From Amoebophrya sp. A120 (Eukaryota; Protista; Dinoflagellata): 64,000 bases of DNA. The stretch spans positions 3,336,013 to 3,400,012 of the forward strand of contig CAJINV010000008.1 of the NCBI GenBank assembly GCA_905178155.1. Direction: 5' to 3'. This document shows positions 1 through 12,100 of the stretch, in pieces. Position numbers and translations under genes: made by a program. The notes beneath the pieces were generated by a model, which was given only the letters and a program-made list of their open reading frames with translations, was not told the origin of the DNA and did no database searches. The stretch's first letter is position 1. Each line of letters begins with the position of its first letter.

Positions 1-170
1 GGGCGGATCCCCTGGGGGAAGGCGGATCCCCGGGGAGCGGGCGGATCCCCCAAAAAAACACACAAATCGAAATCGCGACGGTGTGCTTATTTTTTTCCCA
101 TCATTCGAAACACAAACAAACCACGCTGCCGTCGTGTTTCGCTGGTTTGGGTCTCACAGCGTCAGGGTCT

Positions 171-2293
171 CTACTTATAGTCAGCTATCCAACGCAACCG
201 CAACAAAACTGGCTGAAGGGAATTTGTCATGCATTTCGCAAATGAAGTGTGCTTGTCGTGTCGGGCACGGTTGTAATTTTCGATCACATAACGACTTCGC
301 CGGTCGCAAAGCTGCAATTTGAACTGCACATTCCGATGCACATCGTCGAATTCGTCCGCGATTCTCTTTATGCAACAGAAATACGACCCTCTCCCTCCCT
401 GCCCCCGGTTACATTTTTCTCTCATGCCCACATTCATTGCAGCGGTCGTTCGACCTGTTCTGTACCTACACTTGCAGGCAGCTCAATATCAAAGTCAGAC
501 CGCAGCGAAATCAATGATTGCTGCAAGTCGGTCCTCTATAACGCAAAAATTTGTCTTGCCATCAGTCCGGCGCTTGCCTCTCTTGTCGGGTACCTCGCTA
601 TTCAACATCCTCGATGCAACGCAAAAAACATTCTTTCATACATCTTCCGAGCAGCAGGGAAAGAAAGCGGAAGTATTTGGCATTGCATACGGTCCACAAG
701 GGAGTTGAACGCCACCTTCATATCCTCTTCCAGGTGCTGGCTCTGGTTGCTCTTCGTTGACGCGGCGGTCGGTGGTGTGTTCGGTGGATGAGAGTGCGTG
801 CGGATCTGTTTTCAGAAATCAGAAATCGAACAAGGAGCTGCATTGATTCTCCTCATCCTCACTCTCAGAAGGGAAAAAAAAAGGAAGAAAAACTTCGCGC
901 TGCAGGTAAGTAACACTCACACTGCATCGGCGCCATCGCAGAATACAACTCGTGGCTGCTCTTCGTGGACGGAAGTGGTGACATCTTCATGCTAGAAGAA
1001 ACTCGTCCAGCAAAAAAAAAGTAAATAGATAAGTACTGAGCGCATTTCCTCTTTTAGCGCAAACAACTCCTGACGCAGCGCCGTCACTGTGGTGCCCCCT
1101 CCGCTTGCGCTGCCAGTACTAGTGTGGTGCCGACCGCCAGACCGTACCGCCGAAGCACCCCCAATCGCGGTGTACGTGATGCAAGCGACAAACGCGGTCC
1201 GTGATGCTGATACCGTCAATTCATAATTCTCACAAGCACTACAAGCAGCATTTGCAAGCCTGGCCTGAGATGCGTTTTGGAAAACCACGGCAACAGTGTA
1301 GCAGCTGTATGGATCTTCTAAACATAGCAACTAGATGAACAACCGGACTGAGACTGGAACATTCCCGCGGATACTGGAAGATAATACTCATCATGCGTCG
1401 TGGTATGCACATGGGGTTCCCTGTCGTGCAGCATAGCTGCTCTAATCGTGGTGCAGTATCTACTTAGAGGGTTCAGCAATCAGAGTCACAAGGAACAACA
1501 GCGTCGAGAAACAACGACCTCCCACATGCAGACAACACAGCAACCGAGACCACGTCTTTTCGCTTTCGTACGGGTGCTGTGGCCCCCGGTGGACGTCGCA
1601 CTACTGCTACTACTGCTGCTCCCCCCACCGGCAGCCGCAGCAGCATTCAAGTAGCCGTGTTCGTCCTGCATGCGCGCCGCAGCGGCCGTCGACGAGGAGC
1701 TGCTACCACCAGCAAAAACGCTCGAGGACCCATACGAGACTTTCTCGTGGGGGGGCGTATACGGCTGCTTAGAGCTGCTACTCGCACTTCCGCCGACAGC
1801 TCCGTGGTCCGTGTGATGATGCGGGTGGCTCGGATGATGGAATCCTCGTGCAAAATATCCTGTGTAAATCAAACCTACCCACTCTTCTAGGGTTGTATTG
1901 CATTGGTCGTATGTGCAGAAGGTCGTGTCCTCTTATGCGGCTCCCTATCTGCAGAGGCGTTTTCTAGTGTATGGGGATTTCTTTCTCAGACACTGAACGA
2001 ATTCCGTTTATTATACGTGAATCTCTGAAACGGGTTGTAATCAAGAACTACATGAGTACTACACACGCTGTGTGGAGCGCAGCCTTGTCATGCGTGCTCC
2101 ATCATCCAAACGCGTCTAGATTTCTGGTCTTGCAGAAGCCGCATCGATCTGGGGGTTGGGAGGTTTTTGCTGAGGATAGTGCCGCCCGATTCGCTCCACG
2201 AGAATGGTGTCCGTGACCGTGATGAGAACCGCCTCCCTGCTGCGGGTGCAGCTCATTGGGGTGCGACGACATCGGACGCATCTTCATTTTCAT
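171..2293 (-). CDS. Multi-exon hypothetical protein (His/Ser/Gly-rich N-terminus); 3' end uncertain
   Basis: ORFs 2102..2293 and 1486..1872 join across the 1856-2178 element. Exon ...VAFNSLVDR joins IADEFDDVHRN (ORF 171..437) across the 369-689 element. Middle exons are only partly resolved. Confidence 0.55.
369..689. mobile_element. Decayed TIR intron element
   Basis: Left end TATGCAACAGAAATAC; reverse complement of right end TATGCAATGCCAAATAC. DR decayed. Removing element+5 nt gives LVDR|IADEFDD in frame. Confidence 0.65.
1856..2178. mobile_element. Decayed family-B TIR intron element
   Basis: TATCCTGTGTAAA...TTTTTGCTGAGGATA, internally similar to 6229-6508. Removal fuses GANRAA to RGFHHP. 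Confidence 0.7.
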
Positions 2294-3076
2294 GAAGTTA
2301 GTCAGTAGAACTATAAAAGAAGGTAAGGGAAAACTTAAACATTTTGTTTTTTAACCCTACAAAATAAACTTCAGCAGCGCTTGGAAACTGCATGTAAGTG
2401 TTGTAGCACAGTTAAGTTCATCTTCACACACGATACGTACAAAATACTCCACAAGCGCAAGCATAGACACACGACAACTTCAGGCATTCGTGGCACCGCA
2501 CACTAGAGACCAAAACGCGCCGGCTTGGTGTGTGAGCTGGCCAATCCGCCACGACTTCTTGGCCGCTCAACGTCCTCTACTGACGTTGATCCACTTACAC
2601 TGTGGACTGCAAAAACATGGTGCAGATAACGAAACACAGACAGCCAAGTCGCTCGCTCGTTTGCAGACAAAATGATTTACACTGAAACCTCTAGATACGA
2701 AGCTGTCACTCTAGTGGTGTACAACTTCACCTCCGATGAAAATCGCGTTCATCGGTGCGTTTATTTTCCTGCAAAAATCCTCTATACTCACCTCCCCGAA
2801 CCACTTTGGCGATATATTGTGCGAACAAGGAGAAGAGAGAAAATTCATTTGCATTATGCGGGTGCTCGTTTCAAAAATGAGGCAGATACGAGAACGAGAA
2901 ATGCGGTTCAAAATGACAGAGGCTCCTAGAAGAAAGCACCCCGCCAGATACCTTGTCTGGTCCTATTTTCCGAGACCGATCGAAAACATTCAAATTCAAG
3001 AGAACTCTGGACTTTGAGCGTCGCACAGAGGACGAGCGCGCAAAACTTCCGGCCTGGTCCAAGATGCGCGAGGATG

Positions 3077-6000
3077 TCAAGCACTTGTACTCTTTCTCCA
3101 CACGATCTCGTACTCCCTTGCGCCGGCCTCGAGTTCTCAACCTGAAAATTGGTACAACCTCACCCCCCCGGAGCACTATTGTCGACCGGACGTGCAGTCG
3201 CGCAGGGACGATGCGATGAGTCATTCTTTCATGTAGCTACCCCGACTGAGACACGCTCGGCCTCCAGGTCCTCGTCTGAGCGAAGTACTTATGAATGTGT
3301 ATTCGTATTGCAAATGAAAAACCTTCGCAATAACATGTCTCGCTACTACAAAAAACTGAGACCTTTGCGGGTTTTCCTACTTTTCGTGTTTGCAACAGCT
3401 GCAAGAAGACAGGACGGAGCCATGAAAGAACATGATGCGTTTGCTGTGGGAGTACCACTTAGCAAGTAGCAAAGACGCGGTATGGACAATCATCAATGTG
3501 CCGTCCTCGGGGGTGTCAGTGGTTTTTTTCGCAAGGGATACCACCAGGGTTTTTTTCACACGCTTCAGCTTGAATTTGCTGTCAGCGACTGCAGCGCCCG
3601 CGAACTCCACCATCTGCCATCCGACTTGAATGCCCAGCTGCTGCGCTTGCCCGCCGGGTTCGACGCTTCTTACCGTGAACTCTTTGGTGAACTCCAGCCC
3701 AGCGGTATCCTGTGCAAAAACGTGAAACTATTCATCCCAAATCCATACCTGTCATCTTCTCGGTCAACATGCATACTTATTCAGTCGGTCCCCTCAAAAA
3801 ACGTGTCTAGAACAGGTGCGTGGTCTGCTAGTGAGAACCCGAACAAAGAGGGAATGTGGCTACTTAGTGTATACAGAAACTTTTTTCCTGGGGGCAGAGG
3901 AGGACAAAGATCGATATAAATGCGATTCACGAAGATCGTGATCGTAGTCGTACTATGCGCTCCAAATGCATGTAAAGCGCAAGATCATTCAGGGCGACGG
4001 GAGACGTAGTTTTTACACGAAATACGCAGACCGCGGCTCGCCGCTCTCCGTGAATATTTGCAGCTTCGTGCGCACCGTCGCGGGCTCGACGGTCGGCTCG
4101 CTCTCAATCTGCGATCGCTTTCCCGCCATAGCGTCGCCTGCCACTGTAGCGCCATCTGAGGCACCAGCCTTCGGTGTGCTGGTGGCGGGGGCGCTGTCAT
4201 GTCCCATCCTGGGCGCGGTCTCCTTCTCCGCATTTTCCTCCGCTTTCCCTGCTTCCGCCGCCGCCTTTCGCGCTGCCGCCCTTTCGGCCTTGGCCTATGC
4301 CCTTTCGTTCACGGCTACCGCCTCGGCAGCGGCCTGTTGCCGCTTATTGGCGCGCTCGGCTTTGACTCCCGTTTTTTCCTCTGCTGCCAAAACTGCTGAC
4401 GCTCTTTCTCCTTGTTCGGCTGTTGGAATGACGCTCGCTCTCGTCATCATCCCGCTCTCCTCGTCCTGGACTTCTGGGGGTAAAGGTGCTGAAACAAGTT
4501 CTCCTTGCTGCGCCCCTCCCGCAGCCAGATCGGTCACCTTAGGAGGCGGGATCTCCACCCCCGCACAAGCCGCTGCTCCGCTAGCAGACGGCTCTTCTGG
4601 ACCTAGTAACACAACGCGCTGCTCGCCCTCTTCGTCGTCCTGCGCCGCAACCACCACCGGCGCTTGCTCTCCCTCCACAACAGCAAATTTACCGGGGTCT
4701 ACTTCCCGGGAATGCGCCGCAGATGGTGCGGGCGCTCCAAGATCGTGTTCCTCCTTCCCTCTCGTCCCCGAAAGCAGTGGCTCGCCTTCCGCCTCGACGT
4801 CGTCCTTCTCGTGTAGTTTCTGCAGTGCAAGAACTTCATCGTCACCCAAACCGACGGCTGGAGCGGCGGTCCGCTGCCCCTCCTCGCTTGGTTCACGGCC
4901 TCTTTCGCCGACCGAGTAGGCGGGTTTCGCGTACTGGACCGCGTACAGGAAAATTCCCGCGGCCGCAAAAAAGCCCGCGAGCAGGCCGTAGAAAACACGT
5001 TCGGCATCCAGACCGTGGCCGTGGCCGTCGCCGGCCGCCGCCGCGTTTGTGTTTGTCCATGTCGTCGTCGCAGCAGGAGAATCCAAATTTTTATCTTGCT
5101 TTTCATTCACCACGCCAGCGACAGTGTCCGTCGTGGGACTAGGTGTGGTAACTTTCGTGGCGGCGGCTTCGTCGCTAGCCGCGGACCCGCTTCCCGGCTG
5201 CTGCGGTTCCTGACCACCGCTAGCGTGATGGTCTACCGCAGTACTACCACTCGCCTGACCACCCGCTGCGCTCGACGCAGCGAGCACGCTAGCACTGTTC
5301 ACCACTGTCAAGGAGGCCGCCAGTGCGGGGATGGACGCGACTTCCTGCTCCACGTGGTCCACCAGTTCCAGCAGCATGCCCTTGCTGCTGTCCAGCGTGG
5401 CGCTCTCGTTTCGCGAGGACCAAATGTCGTTCAGAAACCCGCTCTTTGCGCGAATGCCCCGCGTCGAGTTGGACCGAATCCAGGGCTTGATCACGAACTG
5501 CACGTGCACGACCTCCCTCTCGGTCGAGGTTGCGACAAAATTACCCAGCAACCGGCTGCCGCTGTCACTCCTGTTCGATGACGCGGCATGACGAGGCGAG
5601 TAGAACTGGTTCTTTTCCCGCTTATTCCCTTCCTTCCCCCGCGGCTCTGCTTCAGCTTCCTTGCGCAGCAGGAGGCCTTGACTATGAGAACGCGCTCCGT
5701 TCTGATCATAATGCTCCGCCCGCGCTGGCCCATCTTCCGGTCCTTCCTCTCGCTGTGGACGAGGGACTCGTTCCCCTCCTTTCGAAAAAGAAGAATGCCC
5801 TTTTTCTTGAAGAGTGCTCGCTTTTTTATTTTCCGTCCCGTCCTCCCGAAGAGACGCGGTGACCGACTCCAACTGTCGCGGGTCCAGATCGACAGCACCG
5901 TGGCGCGCGATATCAAATGTAAAAATGTCTGGGTCTGGAAGAATCCAACTTGTCATGCTGATTTTGGATTCTAAAAAAATCTGTATGGCATGAGCAGCAA

Positions 6001-7781
6001 AGAGAGTCCAAGTTTTCCTACACGGAAAGAGCATTTGTCATGCGGTATGCGCATCAGGAAGCCCTCACGAAATCTGTGATGCTAGGGCATGCATCACAGA
6101 CATCAGGAGTCATGCAAAATGTGCATGACAAACCTGGCAATCTTCCAGACCCAGACATTTTTACATTTGATACGCGAACAGCTTGAGCAAGCTCTGCGTG
6201 ATCGCGGCCTTGAATTCGGCGCGGTTCATATCCTATTTAAAAACGTCCCCACCCCATAGTTGTAATGCAAATCTGCATGCTGAAAATGTGTCTCATGCGG
6301 AGCCCCATGCGAGTCATTTTCTAATCGTGTTTCGCAATTTGTCATGCTCCAATCAGCATGGTATGCTAGATCTGTGATGCTGCTGAGCTAGCTCAAAAAG
6401 CACTACACTACGAGTCCAAATTTGTCATGCAAAACAGCCAAAACTTGTGGATTTGTCTAGCCGATTCCCCATCCTGACTCTGGTGTGGGTACGTTTTTAC
6501 TCAGGATAGTTCAAGACCTGTCGCAAATCCGCCCTACTTTGCGTACTCTTCCTTTCCACCTCGAAATCGAAGGCCCGCGTTTGCATGTTCTTCACCAGGT
6601 GGATTATCAAAAGGAAAAATCCCCCCTCCCCATATCAAAACGGAACTCTGTGATGCAGATTTGTTGTCACAAATCAGCTTTGTCATGCTACACGGGAAAA
6701 GATGCGGACTGTAGTGCTGGGTGCCGTGGTCAAGCCTTGCATCTTCAGCATGATAGGAGGCAGCTGAGAGCGGGAAACAGCATGTCAAATTGCCTGCAAA
6801 CGAGGCCACGACTGCGGCTCTTGGCCTTCTAGCATGACAAGTCGATTTGTGACCTCAAATACAACATCACAAATTTCGTTTTCGATATGGGGAGGGGGGA
6901 TTTTTCCTCACAATATGGATGTCCCGATGCTTGCTCGACGCGCTGCTGCTGGAGGTGCTGGTGCTGTTATTGTTGTAGACGTCCAGAGCAGAATCACCAC
7001 CAGGGCTTCTCGTTGTACCTCTAGTACTGCTGGTGGTCAACCACGTGCCGCGACTCGAAGATCCAGCTGCAGGAGCTACCGACGAAATAGACGCAGAAGC
7101 CAGTGGATTTCTCCCAAACTGCGTGGTCGGAACATCTCCCTGACGACTTATTGTCGACGCAGCAACCGGGCGGTTTTTTGTTTTTCGATCCCGGTCAAGA
7201 ATAAAATCGTCAGAAGTCATCTGCACGATCCGGGGGCTGGTCCTTTTTCGAGGTGCTACGTCAACATCGTGAAGTTGTCTTGAAGATGGCGACCACGGCG
7301 CTGTTACTTTCTTCACAGCAGTGGTCAGAAGTGTTGTTTCCTCCTCGTTATTTGCTGCGTCGCTGACTTTCCCGGCCGACCGAGCGCCAGGCGCGTCCTC
7401 TCGCGTTTTGCTGTAGTTGTCGTCCTCTTCTAGTAGTACTGCGCCTTGTCCCACGGAGACGGTTTTATTCCGTGCTTCCGCGCTGTCGACGGCAGATCGA
7501 GAGTAAGGCTCCTCGACAAGATCCGCGGACCTGCTGCGGCCTCCAAGACGACCGCCAGACGCGACGTCCACACCGCCACCCTTCTCAATATCTACAGCCA
7601 CCTGCTCCTTCGAAGCAGAGGCAATTCCGACAGAGGCGAACACGATGTGAAAACAGAACAAGGAAGAGAAGCCGCTCCGCTTCTTGCTACTCCCCGACGG
7701 GCACGACCTCAAGGCAGGATATGCTGTTGCTGCACTCCCCATGATCTGGGTCCCCCGAGACAGACACATCACTAGTGACAT
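3077..7781 (-). CDS. Putative membrane protein with C-terminal PDZ-like domain; 5 TIR introns and one in-frame TAG at 4295-4297
   Basis: ORFs 6867..7781 and 4295..6034 join through two small exons (HRDIHLVKNMQ...RQVLNRAEFK...KLFARHGAVD). Hydrophobic segments: LFCFHIVFASVGIA and VFYGLLAGFFAAAGIFLYAV. Distal exons read SAGLEFTKEFTVRSVEPGGQAQQLGIQVGWQMVEFAG (PDZ-like). Could be two genes. Confidence 0.6.
3138..3540. mobile_element. Strongly decayed TIR intron element (B-like)
   Basis: Right end GGTTTTTTTCGCAAGGGATA; left end degenerate. Removing element+5 nt gives KKTLVVEAGAREYEIVWRK. Confidence 0.4.
3706..4024. mobile_element. Family-B TIR intron element (decayed)
   Basis: TATCCTGTGCAAAAAC...GTTTTTACACGAAATA; DR AGCGG/CGCAG. 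Removing element+5 nt gives EPRSA|GLEF. Confidence 0.7.
5911..6172. mobile_element. Family-A TIR intron element (intact, 262 bp)
   Basis: Perfect TIR TATCAAATGTAAAAATGTCTGGGTCTGGAAG; perfect DR CGCGA at 5906-5910 and 6173-6177; frame restored. Confidence 0.93.
6229..6508. mobile_element. Family-B TIR intron element (280 bp)
   Basis: TATCCTATTTAAAAACGT...ACGTTTTTACTCAGGATA; perfect DR GTTCA; frame restored (RQVLNRAEF). Confidence 0.92.
6605..6915. mobile_element. Family-C TIR intron element (311 bp)
   Basis: TATCAAAAGGAAAAATCCCCCCTCCCCATATC...GATATGGGGAGGGGGGATTTTTCCTCACAATA; perfect DR TGGAT; frame restored (HRDIHLVKN). Confidence 0.92.
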
Positions 7782-9187
7782 GCTTATGTATACTGGTCTA
7801 TTCTACAGCAGCGCACAACGCACTTCTTTCTGTAAATCTTCACGAAAGTAGAGCCTGAGTGAAAGAGGCGACTTCAACAGCTTCTTTCTCCTTAACAAGT
7901 TCGATTGATTGATGCCTTCGACGACCCCCGCCAGCAGCACAATCACGAACGAAAACGAAAAGTCGGGCAGCCTGTATTTATATCGTTCCTTGCTCTCGTA
8001 CACTGCAAATTTGAGATACGACAGGTGTAGTACACATCTTTATTTCGCGAAATCACGTATGAAACGAGAATAACAGGACGACCTCGATTGCCCACGATGC
8101 AACGAAACTCGAACCAGCAAACCTGACATCAACAAACACGAAACATCACTACGAAAAGCAAGAGCTCGCATCTTCATGCAGCCAAAGGACGATCCGAAGC
8201 ACTTTTCCAAGTCCCTACTTCGCGCGAAACTATATTAATTGCATGCGAAGACGAACAAGACATCCTGCCGGAGAGGAAAAACATCCTTTAGAGCCAGGCA
8301 AGCCGGTTGAGTTGTTCTCAAAGGAATGCACTACTGTCGAGTGGGAGCACACAGTCGTGCGGGGAAATAATGACTGAGGCTGAGAGAGGAGGGCAGACAG
8401 CTACAGCACGATTTATGATCGTTTCATGTAGCTGTTCATGCGTATACTTACATGTAGCTGTTCAAAAAGGGTTTCTGCACGTTGGACATCCTACCTGCTG
8501 TGTCGTCGAGCACAGGGAGGTAAACACTGTGGAGGTCGTCACGAGTCACTCATCAAGTGGGTTTTTAAGTGCATAGATTATCCACGAAAGCTATGACGTG
8601 CACAACAAAGCCGGACTGGTGGAATTATTTATGTTTTGATACGTGATCTTTTGTTCAGACAACTCACGTGTACTTACAGTTATCTTACAATCGTCAAACT
8701 ACTGATCTTTAACTGTGCGGGATATAAATATGGGCTGTGCTCTTGGTGGGAGAAACCACTATTCTTTTGAAGTGCATTTTCCACAGGGAGGGTTTGCGCT
8801 TGCCAACGCTGGCCCGGCAATCAGATCTTTCATTCCAAGGCTCTTGTTTTCATCATCATCTTATACTCACCCTCTTGCTGCTTCACATAAGGTGATGATG
8901 TAAGAAGACCATGATATGGCGACCTCCGCCCTCCGTACTGCCTGCAGTACAGCGAGCAACAGACAATGGTTAAAGAGTCGAAGTCACCATGTGCAATTTA
9001 TTCATGTGCCCCAATTTGCGTGACTGCCAGTACAGTTCCATGCGCACAACGTAAATGAAAAACGCAGAGCCGAGCAGCCGAAGTTCTAGCTCTCTTCACT
9101 TGCTTTCGATTAATTGATGCTCAAAAGTAGAAAGCCGCGACTTATCACCATGTCCACTATCTTTCGCTGTTTTCTTCTTGGACGAGT

Positions 9188-12100
9188 TTACCCTCTTTTC
9201 TTCCGGCCGCCGCAGCAGCAACTGGAAACATGTTGTGGTGCTGACTTGCTCTTTTTTCCATCATTTTCTGCGGCCTTCGCACCAGCAACTTTTGTTCCTG
9301 TTTGTTCCGCAGGTACATCGATTGCTACCGCGGGTCCGAATCCTATCCTGTGTAAAAACGGCGCCCACGTCCCAGAGTCCAGTTGGGAATCCTGCAACAT
9401 AAGAAAACCAGAAATCAATTAATCTTGGGAGTCGCGCATGACCACAAGGCTCTCTCTGTAGAAGTGTACTGCAGGTTCGTAAGCGCTGCAGCCGAGTCTT
9501 AAGCCATCAACTTCAACTTTATACTAATTACAGCATTACAAGCGCCGAAACACGACCAGGACCGCTTTACCTCATGGGTATGTTCCTGCGGGTGCAAATC
9601 TGCATGACAGGCCCGGGGTGATCCAACGTTTTTACAAAGAATATGATCCTCCTCTTCAGCATTATGAGCGCAGTCCGCGAAGGCACCGTCTCTCGTCCCA
9701 TGATAATCCTCTTGCAAATCTGGACAATCGTTGCTCACCTCCTCGACACAGATTTGATAGCCATCCGCCTCCCCCTGGACGGGCCGCACCACCGACCGGT
9801 AGCGTCGTCCAGCCAAATAAAAAGTTCCGTCCGGCGCTATGACAATGAAAAGCGCCCCACGAGCATGAGGACCTACTAGATCATGCGCGCGGCATATATA
9901 AAGTCTCTCTCTAGTATTACGTGAAACTTTTCCTCAATGTAGGTGAATTCCTTGTCCACTAGGTGAAAAATTCTTTTTGCTTTGGAATGGGAACACGCGG
10001 CCACGCCGCTCGCCCTTGAAGCCACGTTTATTTTTCGAAGCAAACTACAAGAACACAGATTTTTGCTATTCTCCAGTGGAAATCTGCTTCTGTTGCTAGC
10101 ACCATGCGCAGGATGTTCATTTCCACCGAGAAGACGAAAAAGTTTAAATCATAGCAGTACTTTTTAAGTGGTCCGGATCGTCGTGGGTAGACTTTGTTTC
10201 ACGGTGGTATGATACATCATCGGGAGATGGTACGCCGAACTTGATGAACTTTCAGCCTGCCCTGCCGGGTAAGCGGTCAGCACGGCGTCGTCCGTACGTG
10301 TACCCGTTGTACTAGAAGTTGTTGCAACTACTGCACCATTTTCCAGCACGTCGATGCGGTGTTGCTGCTGCTGGCCCGTACGACCGACGGATGACGCATG
10401 AGAAGTCCCACGACCCGCGAGAGGTGCGGGGGCGCTAGCCATCGTCTTGAGCACAGTGTCTCCCATCGGAGTGGTTTCCCAGGTCTCCCCCGTTAACAAC
10501 GTCAGCAGCTGCTTAATCCGCTTGAAATCGAGATGGTCGTCTATTGTATGGAAAATCGCCCCGCCCCGACCCGAGGATTGATGCAAAAAAGTGCTTCATC
10601 CGGTTTGCAAATGCTTTATCATTTTGCGCATTATTTTTGATCGAAACAAAGCCGCGTGGTGATATGGATCATTTCCGTCCAGACTATTTATGGAAAAGCG
10701 GGAAGCGGCAGGAGCCCACTGCACATCACTACCACAGCTTGTGTACCTCCTGCATTAGTTCTCTACTGTCATGTAAGACCCCCGGTTTTTGCTGCTATTC
10801 CTGTCGAAATTTTGCAAGTAGTGCGCACGGGATTCCAAGCTGAGAATCATATTTCCGTGCGGTGGATGTGGAACATCAAGATCCGCATGACAAGAAATAT
10901 TCTCTCCCATTTCTGGGGTCGACGCGGACGTTGCATTTTTCAGGTTGATATGCTCCGCGCTGGCCAAGCCCAACACCTGGGCCGTTGGGCTCGAGCGGTA
11001 CTGGTGCTCCCAGGTGAGACGGCCCAGGTAGCTGTAGGCGGACGCTACGTCGAGCACAGCCCGTTTCTCCCGGGGAGAAAGCTCCACCTGGTTATTTCCA
11101 CAATATGCACTACGAAAGCATCTTCGCACTGCTTCTACGATCGGTCCAGGCAGAAATTTTTGCGGAGAAAAAGAACACCCTCTAACTTTTGTAAAAATGC
11201 ACAAATAGAGATGAAAGAGATCCGCGAAGATGCAAGATTGCACCACTGCTCTTCGTCCGAACAATAAACAGATGCGATACAACATCAACTTTTGCACGTG
11301 ATACATTTTCATCAACAGCTCCGGTTTTTTTCTCGTCCTCTACCATTTCCTTCAGCGCCCCGAAGGATTCCGCTAGGGACAGGTCGGTCGTGGTCACCCC
11401 GTAGCAGTACAAAACATCTATGACGATGCACATCTCCCCAAAGGAGCACTACCACCCTCTTGCCATGCAATAAAGTGCCGAAATTCATTCGTTGCTTTGT
11501 TTTCGGCTGCTTGTTGTGAGAAACTGTTGGATGAACGAGAAGCAGTCCTCCGTACAACAAGAACAGCAAAACTATACGCATTTGATTTTTCATGTGGACA
11601 AGCAAATGTGAAAATATCATGTAAAAAAACATGCATAGTTGCTGTTGCTTGTGTGTAGTAATTTTCAACGCTTGTGTGTAGTAATTTGTGGCGCTCCTAC
11701 CACCTTCGGGCACACCACAACTTACACTCCAAATCAATTATGTGGAAACAAAGCGAGAGGCGGGGGTTAAACATTGGACATGTGCACTCGTCGGATAAGC
11801 TTCGCCGCCATTTCGAAACTGCGGCCGGACAGACAAGCCTGGTACAGGAGGCGGAAGGATTTTTCACTCGGCAGATGCGCCATCGGCTGGGACGGGCTCT
11901 GCTGCATCTCCATGGGTAAACTCGGCAGGTAGTCATTGTCAACGAACTCCCCATGCGATCTCGCCTCCAGATCCGCCCCGTAAGCCTCCACGAGTATGCA
12001 TTGCAAGTATCAATCTGGGTGCTGGAAGAGTTGTGCACGGTTTGTCATGCTCGTCCAGCATGATCCTCAAGTCTGTTATGTAGCCCGTTAAGAACTTCTC

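Noticed and set aside
3000-3135. Chromodomain-like EYEIVWRK...SW with an internal TGA
   Set aside because: It is better explained as the last PDZ strand followed by the real stop codon.
8579-8724. Possible 146-bp TIR element (TATCC...GGATA, flanks TAGAT/TAAAT)
   Set aside because: The TIR is weak and no convincing host frame could be rebuilt.
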